A stretch of DNA of 31,986 bases from Bacteroidia bacterium (GTDB lineage Bacteria; Bacteroidota; Bacteroidia; Bacteroidales; VadinHA17): contig JAPLDX010000050.1 in NCBI GenBank assembly GCA_026391215.1, forward strand, positions 1-31,986, in the 5' to 3' direction. Below are positions 9,528 to 18,509 of this stretch, one piece after another (positions within the stretch are counted from its first letter, which is position 1; each line of letters begins with the position of its first letter). A program made the translations under genes and the position numbers. The notes under the pieces are model-generated. The model did no database searches. It was not told where the DNA came from and saw nothing but the letters and a program-made list of their open reading frames with translations.

Positions 9528-10055
9528 TTACTCAACCTTTATTTCCACAAGCACATCATCCTTCATTACATTTGTGTTGGATTTTGCGATTACCGATTTT
9601 ACGATCCCGTTAACAGGTGACTGGATCTCGTTCTGCATTTTCATGGCTTCGAGGATCACCACAGGTTCGCCGCGAGTAACTGTTGAACCTTCCCTGACAA
9701 GCACATCAATGATCTTGCCTGGCATCGGAGCCCTCAGTGATTCCTGCTCTTTTTTCCCTTTGCCTGAACTGAGTACCTTCATCCTCTGAAGCGAGAATGG
9801 AGTCTCCACAGTAAACGTATAACTTATATCATTAAAGAGTATCTCGTATTTATTCTGACGCGACCTGACAATCTCAACAGGATATTTCCGGTTTTTCCAT
9901 AAAATATAAGTGCCAAGTTTTTCATCATCCCTGAGTTGAACAGCATAATCTCTCCTGCCGATGCGGATCTTATCCTTCAGAGGAAGTGAAAAGCTGAACT
10001 TTTTGTTTTCTGAAGAGAGGGCATATAGCTTTTTTATACGGAGTTTATCGTTCAT
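9528..10055 (-). CDS. Biotin carboxyl carrier protein with N-terminal extension
   Basis: C-terminal biotinyl domain (APMPG...ILEAMKMQNEI) preceded by a ~100-aa N-terminal region. Confidence 0.93.
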   Translation of the reverse strand: MNDKLRIKKLYALSSENKKFSFSLPLKDKIRIGRRDYAVQLRDDEKLGTYILWKNRKYPVEIVRSRQNKYEILFNDISYTFTVETPFSLQRMKVLSSGKGKKEQESLRAPMPGKIIDVLVREGSTVTRGEPVVILEAMKMQNEIQSPVNGIVKSVIAKSNTNVMKDDVLVEIKVE

Positions 10056-10073
10056 CGGGGTAAATTGATTTGT

Positions 10074-11579
10074 TTAAAATTGATTAATTCTTTTATTAAG
10101 AAGCCATGGGCTCATTTCTTTTCCGTTTGTGAAATCAACAGCTATACTTCCTTCTTCGAGGTTCTCTTCGACAAACAGCTTAGTCGCAAGCCATGCAGCA
10201 AGCATCTCTTCATATTCACTGTTGAAGTAATATTTGGCGAGATCTTTTTCTATAAATGAAGTGGTAAAAGTACCATCCTGAAATTTCTGATTTCTGACCA
10301 GCATTCTGAAGAAGGGTAAGGTAGTCTTGGTGCCTTTAATCCAGACCTTGTCAAGAGCCATTTTGCAGTTTTTAATTGCCTCTTTCCGGTCCTTTCCGCT
10401 AACTATAAGCTTAGCTATCATGGAATCGAAGCTGGCGACAATTGTAGATCCGGCCTGAACCCCTGTATCAATCCTTATGTAATGGTTCGATGGCATGTTT
10501 AACTTTTCAATTTTCCCCGGATCAGGAGCGAAACCTGACTGGACATTTTCCGCATTTATCCTGCATTCAATTGCCCAGCCTTTAAATTTGATATCCTCCT
10601 GCTTAAATTTCAAGGCTTCACCGTTGGCAATTCGGATCTGTTGTTCAATGAGGTCAATACCGGTAACCATTTCTGTAACAGGATGCTCGACCTGTATCCT
10701 CGTGTTCATTTCCATGAAATAGAAATTTCTGTCAGAGTCAAGAAGGAATTCAACAGTACCTGCTGAGTAATAATTGACAGCTTTTGCGATCTGAACAGCC
10801 ATTTTACCCATCTTCTTTCTCAGGCTGCTATCCAGTGCACATGAAGGGGCTTCCTCAAGCAGCTTCTGATGCTTCCTCTGGATTGAGCACTCTCTTTCGC
10901 CCAGATGGATAACATTCCCTTTTATATCACCAAGTATCTGGAATTCAATATGCTTAGGGTTCTCAATATATTTTTCTATGAATACCGAAGGATCATTGAA
11001 TGCTTTTTCAGCTTCCTTGCTGGCGATGATGAACATCTTTTCCATCTCTTCGGCCTTACGTACTATCCTCATACCCCTTCCGCCGCCGCCCGATGCTGCC
11101 TTGATAATTACCGGATATCCTATCTTATCTGCTATTTTTGAAGCTTCTTCTTCATTTGAAATATTCCCCTCACTGCCCGTTGCCATTGGGATCCCGTTTT
11201 TCAGCGCCAGTCTCCGGGCGATAGTCTTATTGCCCATTTTATAAAGGGCATCAGGCGACGGACCTATGAAGATTATTTTGTTTTCAAGGCATTTCTGTGC
11301 AAAGTAGGGGTTTTCAGAAAGGAATCCGTAACCCGGATGAACTGCATTTGATTTTGTTTCAATTGCTATTGAGATAAGTTTTTCAATATCAAGAAAGACT
11401 GGTATTTCCGATGTATCTTCAGTGTTATCATATACCTCATCGGCAAAAGAAAGATACATTGCACTCGGCTCCAATTTGGTTTTAATTACAACCGTACTGA
11501 TCTTCATCAGACGGGCAGTTTTCATTATCCTGATCGCGATCTCGCCACGGTTGGCTATAAGTATCTTTTTGATTTTCAT
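10074..11579 (-). CDS. accC: Biotin carboxylase subunit of an acyl-CoA carboxylase
   Basis: KILIANRGEIA, HPGYGFLSEN, GGGGRGMR, ERECSIQRKHQK, EMNTRIQVEHPVTE. Start at ATG 11579 (MKIKK); the longer ORF call overlaps the upstream gene. Confidence 0.95.
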   Translation of the reverse strand: MKIKKILIANRGEIAIRIMKTARLMKISTVVIKTKLEPSAMYLSFADEVYDNTEDTSEIPVFLDIEKLISIAIETKSNAVHPGYGFLSENPYFAQKCLENKIIFIGPSPDALYKMGNKTIARRLALKNGIPMATGSEGNISNEEEASKIADKIGYPVIIKAASGGGGRGMRIVRKAEEMEKMFIIASKEAEKAFNDPSVFIEKYIENPKHIEFQILGDIKGNVIHLGERECSIQRKHQKLLEEAPSCALDSSLRKKMGKMAVQIAKAVNYYSAGTVEFLLDSDRNFYFMEMNTRIQVEHPVTEMVTGIDLIEQQIRIANGEALKFKQEDIKFKGWAIECRINAENVQSGFAPDPGKIEKLNMPSNHYIRIDTGVQAGSTIVASFDSMIAKLIVSGKDRKEAIKNCKMALDKVWIKGTKTTLPFFRMLVRNQKFQDGTFTTSFIEKDLAKYYFNSEYEEMLAAWLATKLFVEENLEEGSIAVDFTNGKEMSPWLLNKRINQF

Positions 11580-11588
11580 ATTTTTCTT

Positions 11589-11620
11589 CCGTTGTGCCTT
11601 TGCACCTTTGAGCCGTTGCA
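11589..11620. repeat. Octamer tandem microarray CCGTTGTG-CCTTTGCA-CCTTTGAG-CCGTTGCA
   Basis: Read directly; fills most of the 44-bp gap following the carboxyltransferase stop. Confidence 0.75.
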
Positions 11621-11623
11621 CAT

Positions 11624-13180
11624 TTATAATGGCATATTCCCATGCTTCCTTGCCGGCACCTTTACCCATTTGTTGCTCAGGGCATTAAAGGCTGAAATTA
11701 TTTTCTTCCTGGTAACTGCAGGATCGATGACCTCATCAATATAACCAAGTTCATCAGCAATAAAAGGATTGGCTATTTTATCACGGTACTTTTTCACCAG
11801 ATCTTTCTTCATTTCTGCAGGATTTTTTGATTCCGCAAGCTCTTTCCTGTAGAGTATGGCAACAGCTCCGTCGGGTCCCATAACTGCTATCTCTGCCGTG
11901 GGCCATGCAAAGCTGAAATCACCTCCCAGGCTCTTGCTGTTCATAACTATAAATGCTCCGCCGTATGCTTTTCTCAGTATGATTGTTATTCTTGGAACTG
12001 TAGCTTCACTGTAAGCAAACAGCAGCTTTGCACCATGCCTTATGATGCCGGCATGTTCCTGGTCTTTGCCTGGCAGAAATCCAGGGACATCCTCTAAGGT
12101 GAGGATCGGAATATTGAAAGCATCACAAAACCTGATAAACCTTGCACCTTTGGTTGAAGAGTCAATATCAAGGACACCCGCAAGTACTTTTGGCTGGTTG
12201 GCTACAATTCCAATTGTTTTTCCTTTAAGTCTCCCAAATCCGGTGACCAGGTTAGGAGCATAGAGTTCGGCAGTTTCGAAGAAGCTGTTCTTATCCACTA
12301 TAAGCTGTATAATGTCTTTTACATCATAAGGCTTGTTTGGATCATCAGGTACTATGTCGCGAAGTTTCTCATTGACATCGGGAGTTGACCCATCATCGGC
12401 AACCAAAGGAGGATTCTCCACGTTGTTTGATGGCAGGTAAGCCAGAAATTTCTTCAGCGCAAGGATTGTATTCTCCTCATCATCATAGATCATGTGGGCG
12501 ACTCCACTTTTGCGGCCATGAACTTCAGCACCACCAAGTTCATCAGCTGTGACATCTTCATTAAGAACTTCCTTCACAACATTGGGTCCTGTCACAAACA
12601 TGTAGCTAGTATGGTTTACCATGAAAACGAAATCGGTGAGGGCAGGAGAGTATACCGCACCGCCTGCTGCGGGTCCCATTATTACGCATAACTGTGGAAT
12701 GATGCCTGAAGAATGGATAATATTATGGAAGATAGCAGCGTAGCCGCTAAGGCTTGCCACGCCTTCCTGGATCCTTGCGCCTCCGGAATCCATCATGCCA
12801 ATTATCGGAGTGCCCATTTTAAGGGCCATCTCCTGGATCTTTGCGATCTTCTTTGCATGTACGTTGCCAAGTGATCCTCCCATTACCGTAAAATCCTGGG
12901 CAAAAGCAAATACCAGCCTTCCGTTCACTTTCCCATGACCAACGATAACACCGTCGCCATAGGTCCGTTCCACCTTTCCGAATTCAACAGGCTGGTTGGC
13001 CGGGGTGACGAAAGCATCAATCTCCTCAAAAGTCCCGGAGTCAAAAAGCAGATTGATCCTTTCATGAGCTGTGAGCTTGCCTTTAGAGTGCTGCTTTTCT
13101 GCCTGTTTGCGGCTGTACTGTTTTTTTAAAGCCTCCTGGCGTTCGGTAAAGGCCTTATAACTCTTTCCTGAAAGATCCAT
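11624..13180 (-). CDS. pccB: Acyl-CoA carboxylase beta / carboxyltransferase subunit (PccB/MmdA family)
   Basis: GKLTAHERI, QDFTVMGGSLG, DSGGARIQEG, GGAVYSPA, RFCDAFNIP, DVPGFLPG, RKAYGGA, KHGNMPL. Substrate not determinable from sequence. Confidence 0.9.
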   Translation of the reverse strand: MDLSGKSYKAFTERQEALKKQYSRKQAEKQHSKGKLTAHERINLLFDSGTFEEIDAFVTPANQPVEFGKVERTYGDGVIVGHGKVNGRLVFAFAQDFTVMGGSLGNVHAKKIAKIQEMALKMGTPIIGMMDSGGARIQEGVASLSGYAAIFHNIIHSSGIIPQLCVIMGPAAGGAVYSPALTDFVFMVNHTSYMFVTGPNVVKEVLNEDVTADELGGAEVHGRKSGVAHMIYDDEENTILALKKFLAYLPSNNVENPPLVADDGSTPDVNEKLRDIVPDDPNKPYDVKDIIQLIVDKNSFFETAELYAPNLVTGFGRLKGKTIGIVANQPKVLAGVLDIDSSTKGARFIRFCDAFNIPILTLEDVPGFLPGKDQEHAGIIRHGAKLLFAYSEATVPRITIILRKAYGGAFIVMNSKSLGGDFSFAWPTAEIAVMGPDGAVAILYRKELAESKNPAEMKKDLVKKYRDKIANPFIADELGYIDEVIDPAVTRKKIISAFNALSNKWVKVPARKHGNMPL

Positions 13181-13203
13181 AATATTTCCCGTTTTTCAGG
13201 GGT

Positions 13204-13211
13204 CAAAAGTA
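13204..13211 (-). promoter_or_regulatory. Bacteroidota primary-sigma -7 box (TACTTTTG) for the carboxylase operon
   Basis: Matches TAnnTTTG on the minus strand, 23 bp upstream of the ATG at 13180. Confidence 0.55.
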
Positions 13212-13309
13212 GTCAATAACAGGGTAATTCCAAATTATGCTTCGACCGTATATTCTGCAGTTATAGGAAGTAAATAATAATCAATTAGATAAGGAATAAT
13301 ATTTATCGA

Positions 13310-13327
13310 CCGTTACTTCCGTTACTT
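13310..13327. repeat. Nonamer tandem duplication CCGTTACTT x2
   Basis: Read directly; abuts the stop codon of the MFS gene ending at 13327. Confidence 0.55.
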
Positions 13328-14610
13328 CATTTTTCCTTTTCAGCCTTAATAAGAGCTGACTCTTTTAAAAAGCCCACCATTATTGCAGCAATTACTGCAA
13401 TAACTACAAAGGCAATCAGGAAAGCCGGCAGATAGGACTTATTATTCATGCTCATACCTGTGACCATGATCATCCCGCTTATTTGTCCTACCCACAGCAG
13501 CAAACCTTGTGATGTTGATTCAGGGGCAGGAGTGGAAATTTCTGCAGCATACTGAAAGCCTATTGGTCCGGCACTCATCACGAAGAAACCAAGTATGAAT
13601 GACGAGATCAATGCAACAGTATGAGCGGCATCCGGATTGACTCCCTGTCCTCCTGTGAGAAATGGTGCAAAAGCAATCCCTACAAGACCCGGTACCATTC
13701 CGGCAACACATATGACAATAAATAACTTCCTCTTTTTATAAACATCAGAGAGTATAGGAATAATTATTGCCCCGATTATACCGCCGATCAGCATCAGGCC
13801 GCCAATTAATCCATTGGAATCATCTACTCCCTGATAATTAGCGATAGAATCAACCATCGAGCTGATAGCATTGAAAATTCCAAGACCGATTGTGAACAGG
13901 ATAACCATTATCCACATATCTCTTATCCTGAAGATATGCTTTAATCCGGAAGAAAAGTTAATCCTTGCAAAGGATTCTTCAGAAGGCGGATTCTTAGGTT
14001 TCTCCCTCAGAAGAATGAGGCCTGTAAAACATGCAGCAATAGTTATGATACCGTAAATCTTAAGCATACTGTCTATTCCATTTCCATAGCCGGGATCTGA
14101 CGGTGATGCAATTATGAGCATTGGAGTAACTATCAATGCAACAAGGATACCTGCATATTGTGCAAGAGTTGCAAGACCGGTGGCAGTTGCTCTTTCTTTA
14201 ACAGGAAACCATCGTGCTGCAACGGCAGTTGGAGCATTTATAACAAAGGGCTGGGCTATTGCTAGGATAACCTGCCCTGTCAATGCCATAGTGAATGAAT
14301 TGCCGGAGAATCCTTTAATTGCACCTCCGATGATCATCAGTATTGCTCCGGTCCCGACACCCTTGACAATTCCATATGTGTCAATAAAATATGATGCAGG
14401 GATACACACAATGATATATAAAAGCATGTATGAGGATGCCAGGAAATCAATGTTAAAGAATGATAAAGGATTAAATCTGCCTCCATAAAACACTTCAGCA
14501 GCTCTCTCAATCGGTGCATGGGTGAGCCATTGAACCTGTGACATCATAGTGATCATCATGAGTGCAGCAAGAACGACCCAGCGATATTTTGATAGTATTA
14601 CCTGTTCCAT
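13327..14610 (-). CDS. MFS transporter (FLVCR/SLC49-like)
   Basis: About 12 TM segments; YRWVVL, QWLT, GQVILAIAQPF, AARWFPVKERATATG, GFQYAAEISTPAPESTSQG resemble FLVCR-family motifs as recalled. Confidence 0.85.
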   Translation of the reverse strand: MEQVILSKYRWVVLAALMMITMMSQVQWLTHAPIERAAEVFYGGRFNPLSFFNIDFLASSYMLLYIIVCIPASYFIDTYGIVKGVGTGAILMIIGGAIKGFSGNSFTMALTGQVILAIAQPFVINAPTAVAARWFPVKERATATGLATLAQYAGILVALIVTPMLIIASPSDPGYGNGIDSMLKIYGIITIAACFTGLILLREKPKNPPSEESFARINFSSGLKHIFRIRDMWIMVILFTIGLGIFNAISSMVDSIANYQGVDDSNGLIGGLMLIGGIIGAIIIPILSDVYKKRKLFIVICVAGMVPGLVGIAFAPFLTGGQGVNPDAAHTVALISSFILGFFVMSAGPIGFQYAAEISTPAPESTSQGLLLWVGQISGMIMVTGMSMNNKSYLPAFLIAFVVIAVIAAIMVGFLKESALIKAEKEK

Positions 14611-14618
14611 AGAGTATA

Positions 14619-15242
14619 TTATTTCTTTTTGACCGGTTTAAAAAGTCCTTCGGCTTTTGATCCAAGCATCCCTGCTTTCATCATTGTTTCGCTGGCAATG
14701 CTGAGATTTTTGATCATCTTCTTTGTGACCACCGTAAAATGATGTAGCGATTCTATCTTATCGCCAATGTATTCAAGGTCATCGTAAGTAGTCTGCCAGT
14801 TGCGTGAATCAAAATGAGTCAGGTCAAAAGGAAGGGAATAGGATCTCAGGGATTTATACCCGTAAATATTGAAGAAGAAATCAAAATATGACATAATCAT
14901 TTCTCTGAGTGATCTGTAAACCGGCTCCCTGAAGCGCAGCGACGTGAAATTCGATTTGGCAACTGCACCCCAGTGATTGTTCTCTTTAAAGACAGCGATC
15001 ACATGGTCATCATCCTCCACAGCCTTCATATCTACAATAAGAGGTTTATAACCAATAAACTGCAAAGCAGCTGCTGCAAACAGGGCTCCTTCAAAACAGT
15101 GTGCCGAATGTTTCTTCATCACCCACCGGGGCGACCTGCATTCATATTTCGGATTATATTCAAGTGAATCAAGAAATGCCTGTATTTTATCAGGATTATC
15201 AAGAGTTTTCAGGAACCTTATTTCTTCTTTTGTCCAATCCAT
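14619..15242 (-). CDS. Vasohibin-like / transglutaminase-fold cysteine hydrolase (207 aa)
   Basis: AHCFEGALF, DHVIAVF, WGAVAKSN, FREPVYRSLREMIMSY give Cys49/His80/Ser97. Start at ATG 15242 (MDWTK). No signal peptide. Confidence 0.75.
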   Translation of the reverse strand: MDWTKEEIRFLKTLDNPDKIQAFLDSLEYNPKYECRSPRWVMKKHSAHCFEGALFAAAALQFIGYKPLIVDMKAVEDDDHVIAVFKENNHWGAVAKSNFTSLRFREPVYRSLREMIMSYFDFFFNIYGYKSLRSYSLPFDLTHFDSRNWQTTYDDLEYIGDKIESLHHFTVVTKKMIKNLSIASETMMKAGMLGSKAEGLFKPVKKK

Positions 15243-15268
15243 CGCCTTTATCAACAAATAACCAATAA

Positions 15269-16369
15269 TTAATTTAAAAGTAATTCCTCAATAATTTTCT
15301 TCATCGCCCCATATTGTTCCTCCATGCTCTCCAGCAGCCTTATCTGGGCTCTGGTCCTCTCGAGGTTATGATGCTCATGATGAATTTTATAATATTTATC
15401 ACCATCAATATAATCTGCAAGAAAGCGTAATGATTGTTCATAAGTCATCAGCAGGGGAGCAAATGCAAGATATTCCTTTTCAACATCATTGAGAGTATTA
15501 CTCATTTCGGATAGATATCCTTTCGCATAGGCTGCAAACAAGCTGATATCCATTTTTACTTTTAAAAGATTTTTTTCATCCTCGGCAGAAATATTTGCCC
15601 CTGTTCTTATGGCATCGCCAAAGTCGGAGTGAAAATATCCTGGCATCACCGTATCGAGATCAATGATACAGAGTGACTTATCATTCGCATCAAAGAGTAT
15701 ATTATTAAATTTTGTATCGTTATGAGTGATCCTGACAGGTATTTTCCCTTCCCTTCCCAGTTTGTGGATGATCTTCATGTCATCTGTTCTTTTCAGAATG
15801 AAGTATGTTTCAGCTTCTGTGGCTTTCACTCTTCCAGCCGGATCTTCTCTCAGTATCCTCATAAAGCCATCGATTCTTTTTTCAACATCATGGAACGAAG
15901 GAATAGTTTCAAAAAGAGGTTTGCCAGGAAGATCTGACAACAGTGCCTGAAAGCGGCCTATTGCCCTTCCTCCCTCAAAAGCCTTGCCGGGTGAATCTAC
16001 TATATCGTATGAACGGTGGTCCGCAATAAAGATGAACATTCTCCAGAAGCTGCCATTGCTGTCGGTGATCCAGCTTTTGCCACTTTTTGCAGGGATCATC
16101 TGAAGACATTCTCTTTTAATGTCAGAACCGGGAATTGCAGATATTTTTTTGTGAAGGTGAACAGTGACTCTCTCAATGTTATCCTGTAGCTCAGGGACAT
16201 TTCTGAATATTTTGCTGTTCAGCTTTTGAAGTAAATAATCATCCTTGTCCTCTTCAACAGTTCTGATATGAAAAGTCTCATGTATATGTCCGCTGCCAAA
16301 CGGCTCACCGGATAAATAAGTTCCGTCAGTGGTGAAACGTTCAAACAGTTCCTTCAGATCATACTCCAT
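15269..16369 (-). CDS. N-acetylhexosamine 1-kinase-like phosphotransferase (APH/choline-kinase fold)
   Basis: GSGHIHETF, LQKLN, ETIPSFHD, RITHNDTKFNN, IIDLDTVMPG, DFGDAIR, RFLADY, HNLERTRAQ are collinear with bifidobacterial NahK motifs. Confidence 0.88.
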   Translation of the reverse strand: MEYDLKELFERFTTDGTYLSGEPFGSGHIHETFHIRTVEEDKDDYLLQKLNSKIFRNVPELQDNIERVTVHLHKKISAIPGSDIKRECLQMIPAKSGKSWITDSNGSFWRMFIFIADHRSYDIVDSPGKAFEGGRAIGRFQALLSDLPGKPLFETIPSFHDVEKRIDGFMRILREDPAGRVKATEAETYFILKRTDDMKIIHKLGREGKIPVRITHNDTKFNNILFDANDKSLCIIDLDTVMPGYFHSDFGDAIRTGANISAEDEKNLLKVKMDISLFAAYAKGYLSEMSNTLNDVEKEYLAFAPLLMTYEQSLRFLADYIDGDKYYKIHHEHHNLERTRAQIRLLESMEEQYGAMKKIIEELLLN

Positions 16370-17711
16370 TTTTCAGTCCGACTTTGTGTCCGAAAAATGC
16401 ATAATACATTATTACAAGGTAGCATGGGATACACAGCCAATATGCTGATTGAGTTGAGAAGCTGACTGCAAGTTTTCCATAGACTAATGGTAATACGGCA
16501 CCACCGGCAATTGCCATAATTAATAGTGCTGATGCGGTCTTTGTAAATCTTCCTACACCGTTTAGTGCCAGTGGCCATATTGCAGGCCATACAAGGGCAT
16601 TGGCAAAACCAAGCAGTGCAACAAACAGAACAGTGACAGGAATCATCAACTGAAGCGGTTTAAAAGTTACGAGATCGATGAAAGGTATTGTGAAAATCCT
16701 GGCCGCGGGTGTAAGTACTGCTCCAAGAGCAAATATAACACCGAAAATAGTACAAAGCTTGAGCGCGTTTACCTGCTTCAGGTATTTTGGAATAAGTATT
16801 ATCCCCAGCAAGTATCCCAGGATCATGCTCAGCATTGTTAATGAAGTGTAATATTTAGCCGATTCCATTGGAATTTTGAGTGATTGTCCGTATCTTATTA
16901 TTGTATCTCCGGCAATGACCTCGACTCCAACATAGAAAAAGAGTGCGACAACTCCGAGTATAAGATGCGGAAAATGCCATATACTGGTCTTTTTAACATT
17001 AGCTTCGCCGACTGCTTCATCCTCTGCTTCTGTATCAATATCAGGAAGATGGACAAACATCAGTAGCAGTCCCAGCAAAACCAGGATTACTGCCATTACA
17101 ATATAAGGCATGATAACGCGCTGAGCAAGCTCATCAAGTAACGAGGCGCGCATTGCTGCATCGGCAGCCTGAGCAAGCTTTTCTTCAAGAATATGTGAGT
17201 CTTTCAGTATAATGCTTGCAAGGATTATAGGTGCGATGACTCCGGCAAACTTATTTGCGATTCCCATTATACTGATCCTTTTTGCAGCACTTTCCCTCGG
17301 GCCAATAATTGTAATATAGGGATTCGACGCAGTTTGAAGCAGTGTGAGACCTGTACCCATTATGAAAAGACCTGTCAGAAAGAGACCGAATGTTCTGGTC
17401 AATGCAGCAGGTATAAAAACAAGACAACCAACTGCCATTATCCATAATCCTACCGACATTCCTCTCTTAAAGCCTGTCTTTTTCAGAATAGGCGTCATCG
17501 GAAGAGCCATTACAAAGTATGCGATGTAGAATGCTGTGGCTACAAAATAAGCCTGAAAATCATTCAGTTCACATGCAGTTCTGAGAAACGGAATTAATAT
17601 CCCGTTAAGCCATGTGACAAAACCAAAAATGAAGAAAAAGAGTCCGATAACCGATACTGAAAAGATATAATCTTTCCTGCTTATCCCGTTAGATGAAGTA
17701 TTGTCTGCCAT
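16359..17711 (-). CDS. Sugar:H+ symporter, FucP/GluP/NagP family (MFS)
   Basis: LFFFIFGFVTWLNGILIP, LLQTASNPY, LFFYVGVEV, WPAIWPLAL, LIMAIAGGA; overlaps the kinase start by 11 bp. Confidence 0.92.
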   Translation of the reverse strand: MADNTSSNGISRKDYIFSVSVIGLFFFIFGFVTWLNGILIPFLRTACELNDFQAYFVATAFYIAYFVMALPMTPILKKTGFKRGMSVGLWIMAVGCLVFIPAALTRTFGLFLTGLFIMGTGLTLLQTASNPYITIIGPRESAAKRISIMGIANKFAGVIAPIILASIILKDSHILEEKLAQAADAAMRASLLDELAQRVIMPYIVMAVILVLLGLLLMFVHLPDIDTEAEDEAVGEANVKKTSIWHFPHLILGVVALFFYVGVEVIAGDTIIRYGQSLKIPMESAKYYTSLTMLSMILGYLLGIILIPKYLKQVNALKLCTIFGVIFALGAVLTPAARIFTIPFIDLVTFKPLQLMIPVTVLFVALLGFANALVWPAIWPLALNGVGRFTKTASALLIMAIAGGAVLPLVYGKLAVSFSTQSAYWLCIPCYLVIMYYAFFGHKVGLKNGV

Positions 17712-17773
17712 AGTCTTGTTTTTTCAAATCTAGTATTTTTATCCAATGTTGCAAAGGAATTAATGACAGGTTT

Positions 17774-18382
17774 TCAGCCTTTTCCGCTTTTTTCCCGTGA
17801 TTTTACACCGAGGTATCCTCCATGATGCCTTTTTGCATAATCTTCAGCTCTGAAACCGATCTTTTCCATCATTATGACAACAAGGGCATCCCCTATGACT
17901 GTAAAAACCGTTGTGGAGGTTGTGGGTGTAAGGCCCAGGGGACATACTTCGGAAGGAGCTCCTGTCAGTATATAGCAATCTGACTTCTGGGCAAGAGGAC
18001 TGTCGGGATCGCTTGTGATTACAATCACAGGCACAGATGGAAACAGATTATTCTTCAGGTCAATAAGCTCAATTATTTCGCGGGTTTTGCCTGAATTGGA
18101 TACTGCAAGGATAACATCATTCATCTGCAGGATTCCAAGATCTCCATGCTGGGCCTCACTTGGATGTAAGAATACTGAGGGTGTACCTGTTGAACTGAAT
18201 GTTGTAGCGATATTATGAGCTATTTGTCCAGCTTTCCCCATCCCGGAGGTGACAAGCTTGCCGTTTTTCCCGTGAACGTGTTCGTAAATAATTTCGACAG
18301 CTTTTTCATAGTTCCCCGAAACCGGTATGTTTTTAATAGCAAATGCCTCATTATCAAATATATGTCTGATCTTTCTTTCCAT
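17774..18382 (-). CDS. kdsD: SIS-domain arabinose-5-phosphate isomerase (KdsD/KpsF/GutQ family, no CBS domains)
   Basis: TSGMGKAG, HPSEAQHGDLG, SNSGKTRE, EVCPLGLTPTTSTT, HHGG; 202 aa, resembling the Bacteroides single-domain API. Confidence 0.85.
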   Translation of the reverse strand: MERKIRHIFDNEAFAIKNIPVSGNYEKAVEIIYEHVHGKNGKLVTSGMGKAGQIAHNIATTFSSTGTPSVFLHPSEAQHGDLGILQMNDVILAVSNSGKTREIIELIDLKNNLFPSVPVIVITSDPDSPLAQKSDCYILTGAPSEVCPLGLTPTTSTTVFTVIGDALVVIMMEKIGFRAEDYAKRHHGGYLGVKSREKSGKG

Positions 18383-18407
18383 TTTTGTCTTGTAATTAAA
18401 CGAATGT

Positions 18408-18415
18408 CAAAGTTA
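18408..18415 (-). promoter_or_regulatory. -7 box (TAACTTTG) for the SIS/permease/kinase cluster
   Basis: Exact TAnnTTTG on the minus strand, 25 bp upstream of ATG 18382. Confidence 0.6.
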
Positions 18416-18470
18416 TTAAAAAACTGATTAAAGCTTTATCTGTATTAATGTTGAATTAATTAAGTTGTTA

Positions 18471-18478
18471 TATTTTTG
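18471..18478 (+). promoter_or_regulatory. -7 box (TATTTTTG) for the divergent MFS gene
   Basis: TAnnTTTG upstream of the ATGs at 18489 and 18510; the context is AT-rich, so a chance match is possible. Confidence 0.45.
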
Positions 18479-18509
18479 TTTCGATATCATGAAAGAAACG
18501 AAAATCTCT

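Noticed and set aside
11580-11669. 30-aa N-terminal extension of biotin carboxylase in the ORF track
   Set aside because: Overlaps the upstream gene and crosses the octamer repeat; the canonical start MKIKKILIANRGE is at 11579.
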